A DNA stretch of 63,281 nt, filler included, from Globobulimina sp. (lineage: Eukaryota): assembly GCA_003354225.1 (NCBI GenBank). It is 35 parts of 35 records of this genome, joined end to end, with 100 filler letters (N's around TTAATTAATTAA, not from the genome) between each part and the next. Parts side by side here need not be neighbours in the genome. Positions count along the whole stretch, not along the records: positions 57,955 to 59,663 come from PIVH01012853.1; positions 59,764 to 61,472 come from PIVH01012854.1; positions 61,573 to 63,281 come from PIVH01012855.1; 32 more parts are not named here. One strand, given 5' to 3'. A program made the translations under genes and the position numbers. The notes beneath the pieces were generated by a model. It was given only the letters and a program-made list of their open reading frames with translations, ran no database searches and was not told where the DNA came from. This document shows, one piece after another, positions 58,968 through 63,281 of this stretch (the first letter of the stretch is position 1; each line of letters opens with the position of its first letter).

Positions 58968-59663
58968 ATGACAACGAACATTGAAAGTAAAGGTGATATT
59001 GTGATCAATGGTAATGTTATTAGTGATAGTTCAACCACATGTACTGACAACTCAACCACATACACCGATAATTCAACCACAAACACTGATAATTCAACTG
59101 CAATAACTGATAATTCACATGTTCACAATCAAAATGGAAATGGTGACTATTTTCAATTGAATAATTGTTCAATATCAATGCCATTGAATAATAACATCGT
59201 TAATGTATTTATAAGTATTTATATTGTTTGTTTTTATATGTACAATACAACACAACAAAGAACGTCATAAATGTATTCAACTGTGCATTAGTACAACCAT
59301 ACCATGATCAATTAAGCCGTATACCAACACTGTCGATTGCAAACTTATCCCATCCAATGACAAACAATAGCAATTACAACGACATAACGAATCGAGGAAT
59401 TAAACGAAAACACTTTGCAAATGATAACATGATACAAAATGCATATACTCCGCCAATAAAAAGGCAAAGGACACAAACAAGATTAAATAAACAGGAAAGG
59501 GATAAATTAATAACAAAACGGATGCCTGAATTGAATGGAAATAGATCTTATTGGATACAATGTTTTAAAGAGGAAAAATTTGAGGTTTTAGTAAAAGCAA
59601 ATAAAAAATGGATTGCACCTAAAAAAGATGGAAGAAAAAATAAAAATAAAATGGCAAAAATTG
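58968..59663 (+). CDS. TDNS-repeat protein (probable intron near 59205-59260), 3' truncated
   Basis: SDSSTTCTDNSTTYTDNSTTNTDNSTAITDNSH heptads; continues into ORF 59228..59719. Confidence 0.65.
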
Positions 59664-59934
59664 NNNNNNNNNNNNNNNNNNNNNNNNNNNNNNNNNNNNN
59701 NNNNNNNTTAATTAATTAANNNNNNNNNNNNNNNNNNNNNNNNNNNNNNNNNNNNNNNNNNNNACTCATTACAACGTGTGGTTGCCAGGTTGGAATGGCA
59801 GGTAATTCCTCGTATTTGCTTTCATTAAACACCAACACTGAACCAACAAAAAAACACTTCGGTTTTGCTTTGCTCTTTTTCTATTGAATTGGACAATGGT
59901 TTAATTAATTAAACCGCTCTGTGATCAGTGTTAT

Positions 59935-60595
59935 CTACAGAGTGCATTGATTAGATATATATTCATCATCAATTGGTATTGTAGTATTGCGCAGTAACAA
60001 AACTGGATCAATAAAGCAAAGAGGGCCGAAAGAGCCATTGCATGGGATATAATCATAACATAAGGACACAAACAAAGGGAGTTTGTATGATTTCCGCAAA
60101 AATGTCAGCAGAATTGCAATGAGAAATATCGTATTTACAGCGGTGATTGCCGAAAGCAATTTATTATCAGCAAAGATTTGATCTGCCATGCAAGCGTAAA
60201 ATGATTTTGAATCTTTTAAATAACGAGGACTCACTTTCCATTCTATAGCTAATATAATGAGAAAATAAGATAATATTGTGATAAAAATTAAAAAATTTCG
60301 GGCTGCCCATATCTGTTTGTTTGATACATCGACAAATCCTTGCTTTATTGCTTGCAGGCACAATAATTTATTCAAAAACCCATAAATTAAGTTTAAACTT
60401 TCCGTAAATAGAGCAATGTAAGTCTGCGATACTATCCAACTGAGGAATGATAAAGTTTGTTTCAAACAATAATTGAATGATTAAAGCAACAGCAATTGAA
60501 ATCCACAAACACGTTGCCATGAGCATCGGATAATCTTGTTGCGGAAATACAGATTCTTTGTTGCAGAAAATACGAACGAATATCAGCGATATCAC
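59935..60595 (-). pseudogene. Multi-TM (GPCR-like) gene split across frames
   Basis: Several hydrophobic helices in two overlapping ORFs with no clear intron. Confidence 0.4.
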
Positions 60596-61573
60596 ACCGA
60601 ATCGATTGGCATGGTTTTTGACTTATGAGTGACTCGATTTTTTCAGCTCAAAAAACTTGTTTGAAGTAAATACTCTTGAATTAGGTGTATCCCTTTTGTA
60701 CTTCAAGGAGAAACAGAAATTGGAGACGTTGTCCACTGATATAAACACTTCCGGATTACAAACATACAGGAAAAGTCAAACGAATTATCCAAATTATGCA
60801 AAGATAAGATTCATAAACGTGTTGCATTTGGATTATAATTTAACTTTGACTACTATGGGCAGTGACCCCGATCGAATCACGTTTGCATATTTATTGAAAC
60901 GGTCACGGGTAATTATGGAAACATTTCAAGAATCACAACACAAAATAGCTGATTCCCAGATATGTTTTGCACGTATCAATCATTTAGTTTCATTCATGCA
61001 TTGTATAACCATTGGGTAATCATTCTGAACGCACAGAATAAACGGAAACATTCAAAACAAGTACAGTGACAGTGGAATTGATTAAAATTGAAAATTGTAT
61101 ATTATTTTTACGAGGTAACAGTTTAATCAATTGTGAACAGTCTCGTTTCAGTCGTTTGTAATGTGACAAAACTGTGATTAATCTGTCGCAGTTTGCATGC
61201 GTAATATATGCGATAAAACAGTCAAATGAAAAAGTTTGTTTAATATTCTGTGCGGACAATTCTTGCGATAATAAACAGCACAGTCAACATTGTCACTGGT
61301 GACTCAAACAATGATTCTCTCATGATCAACCAATAAACTATTTGCATTAGTAATAATATATATATTATATATTAGTAAAAAAATGCGTGACATGTGCTCC
61401 ATTCTATAAATATATTAGTACAACTAATATATATATTAGCACTAATATGCGTACCTCTTATCGGGAACACTANNNNNNNNNNNNNNNNNNNNNNNNNNNN
61501 NNNNNNNNNNNNNNNNTTAATTAATTAANNNNNNNNNNNNNNNNNNNNNNNNNNNNNNNNNNNNNNNNNNNNA

Positions 61574-62215
61574 ATACCAAGTTATAATTATAAAAATAAA
61601 AAAATAAGTTTATATTGTTATTCACATAAAAAAAATAAGATGATTGATGTTAGGACTCCAAGATGCCAACAATCTGACGGTATAGGTGGGTTCTGTAAAA
61701 ATCTTCATTCACATACTCTTTCGAAAATCAACAATAATCCGATTTGTGGATATTGTTATATATCAAAATATCCGAACAGTGATTACGCCTTGAAAAAAAA
61801 TCGTCAGAAAGAAAAAACTGTTCCGAATACTTGTAGCATCAAACGAAGACCAGATAACTTTAAAGATTTTTTCACACATATCCTAATTTTAGCGATTGAC
61901 GAAAATCAACACAAAAGCTACAATAGACAATGTGAAATTTCAAGATTAAATGAAATATCTACATCTGTTAATGATAGACCTACAATATATATCAGATTCA
62001 ATCCAGATAGTTATAAAGATATAAATGGGAATAAAACAAATGGTTGTTTTTATATTTCTGAAAAAACTGGATTATTAAAAGTGAATGAAATAATGCTCAA
62101 GAAACGATTAAAAAAATTACAACAACAAGTTATATTTTTTTCAGATTATAATAATGTTAAAAAAGTGACGAATGATAAACTAATTTATCAAAAATATTTA
62201 TTTTACGATTCATAA
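61574..62215 (+). CDS. NCLDV-type EsV-1-7-repeat protein with PD-(D/E)xK-like endonuclease domain, 5' truncated
   Basis: In-frame upstream IPSYNYKNKKISLYCYSHKKNKMIDV (EsV-1-7-like); CGYC; CSIKRRPD...IDENQH.SY...CE..R...RPTIYIRFNPDSY. Confidence 0.8.
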   Translation: MPSYNYKNKKISLYCYSHKKNKMIDVRTPRCQQSDGIGGFCKNLHSHTLSKINNNPICGYCYISKYPNSDYALKKNRQKEKTVPNTCSIKRRPDNFKDFFTHILILAIDENQHKSYNRQCEISRLNEISTSVNDRPTIYIRFNPDSYKDINGNKTNGCFYISEKTGLLKVNEIMLKKRLKKLQQQVIFFSDYNNVKKVTNDKLIYQKYLFYDS

Positions 62216-62355
62216 TTTGACGATTTTTTTTGACCATTTTTTTATAATTTTTATCCACATAGAAAAATTTGGGATTATTTTTTGTTCTTTACTTTTATCC
62301 ATTATATATATATATTTCATAAATTTATTATGGATAATTTATTAAATAATAATAT

Positions 62356-63281
62356 ATGGATAATTTAATACTTTCTGATGACACTGTTGTGGAAATAAAT
62401 ATAGAACCAGATAGCGTAGAACATTTTCGTTATAAAATCAATGTTAATCGAAATGTTGTTATTATTTTACTCCTTTTTATAATATATATGTTTTGCGTTA
62501 CTATATATGAAGCTATTGTTTACAATCCGATTTATGCATATAATTTAATTGGATTATTTTTTTTATCCGTTTTTTTATTATTTCCAGTGAAAGTCCTGAT
62601 ATGCAATATATTGAATTTTTTCTTTCCTTTAAATTACTTGGACTTTAATTCGCAATTTTATTCAGCTCATCCGCCAAAAATACCAGATATATTACCACCG
62701 ATCACGATCCAAATACCTGTGTATACTGAAGACTTTGAAGAAACGATATTGCCTACAATAATGGAGTGTTGGAATACCAAATTACATTATATTAGTAAAG
62801 GCGGTGTCTGTAATATATTCATATGTGATGATGGCCTATATGTAATTAGTCCTGAACGAAAAAAAAGACGAATACAATTTTATGAAAAGAACCACATAGG
62901 TTATATCGGACGACCAAAAGAAAATCGCGCTGGTCTATTTAAGAAGGCATCTAATATAAATTTTTGTGTTTCTGTGGCGAAAAAAAGAAAAAACAATGAA
63001 CCAATAACTGATTGTATATACGGAGGGAATACTGATATTGGTGACTTCATATTACTTTTGGATGCAGATACCAGATTACCACCAGATGCTCTATATAAAA
63101 CTATAGGTGAATTTGCTGATCCGAAAGTAGGCTTTTGTCAGCATCATACCACGCCGATATTGGCCGATAGAAACTACTGGGAAAAAAATATTGCGTTTTT
63201 TACATCCCATGTCTATGATCTAGGTATATCACAAGCCTGTTCCTTTGGTGCAACGGCTCCATTAGTAGGTCATAATGCCAT
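62356..63281 (+). CDS. Membrane-bound GT2 glycosyltransferase (fungal/giant-virus type), 3' truncated; absent from the ORF track
   Basis: Manual translation gives 308 open codons: two N-terminal TMs, ITIQIPVYTE, IFICDDG, RAGLFKKASNIN, ILLLDADTR (DxD), VGFCQH, APLVGHNA. Confidence 0.88.
   Translation, partial: MDNLILSDDTVVEINIEPDSVEHFRYKINVNRNVVIILLLFIIYMFCVTIYEAIVYNPIYAYNLIGLFFLSVFLLFPVKVLICNILNFFFPLNYLDFNSQFYSAHPPKIPDILPPITIQIPVYTEDFEETILPTIMECWNTKLHYISKGGVCNIFICDDGLYVISPERKKRRIQFYEKNHIGYIGRPKENRAGLFKKASNINFCVSVAKKRKNNEPITDCIYGGNTDIGDFILLLDADTRLPPDALYKTIGEFADPKVGFCQHHTTPILADRNYWEKNIAFFTSHVYDLGISQACSFGATAPLVGHNA

Noticed and set aside
60657..61259. ORFs 60657..61019 and 61020..61259
   Set aside because: Non-ATG starts and no recognisable motif; cannot be supported.
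1..63281. Alternative genetic code (stop-codon reassignment)
   Set aside because: Conserved genes read through in the standard code and end at ordinary stops; apparent internal stops are explained by introns or frameshifts.

Overview
This window is not a continuous locus. It is 35 short, unrelated contigs sorted by length (13 x 1712, 10 x 1711, 7 x 1710 and 5 x 1709 bp), joined by 34 artificial 100-bp spacers (N44-TTAATTAATTAA-N44), so gene neighbourhood only means something inside a contig. Most contigs are AT-rich, gene-dense eukaryotic DNA in the standard code with mostly 50-95 nt GT-AG introns. The style (SPRY-like, F-box and Cys-rich/PT-stalk families, SSNA1) suggests a protist, plausibly a foraminiferan/rhizarian; this is an inference. 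Recognisable genes: SSNA1, trypsin-like protease, S10 carboxypeptidase, TRP channel, TBC Rab-GAP, NDUFB7, MFS transporter, DnaJ protein, telomerase reverse transcriptase (TERT), PAP2, TM2, G-alpha, M20/Dug2-like peptidase, cold-shock/zinc-knuckle protein, GpsA-type G3P dehydrogenase, RPEL protein, MutS, FABP-like protein, front-end desaturase and an LRR protein. Most notable: (i) a contig with identical 119-bp ends, implying a 1,591-bp circle or tandem unit, carrying an FABP/iLBP-like gene; (ii) an intronless giant-virus-like contig with an EsV-1-7-repeat endonuclease and a fungal-type GT2 missed by the ORF track; (iii) an intronless TERT segment with a divergent T motif; (iv) a long-TIR foldback-like element and several hairpin/MITE-like elements; (v) frequent GTT 5' splice donors. 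No rRNA, tRNA or CRISPR array was recognised, and no multi-gene novel system can be established from 1.7-kb fragments.
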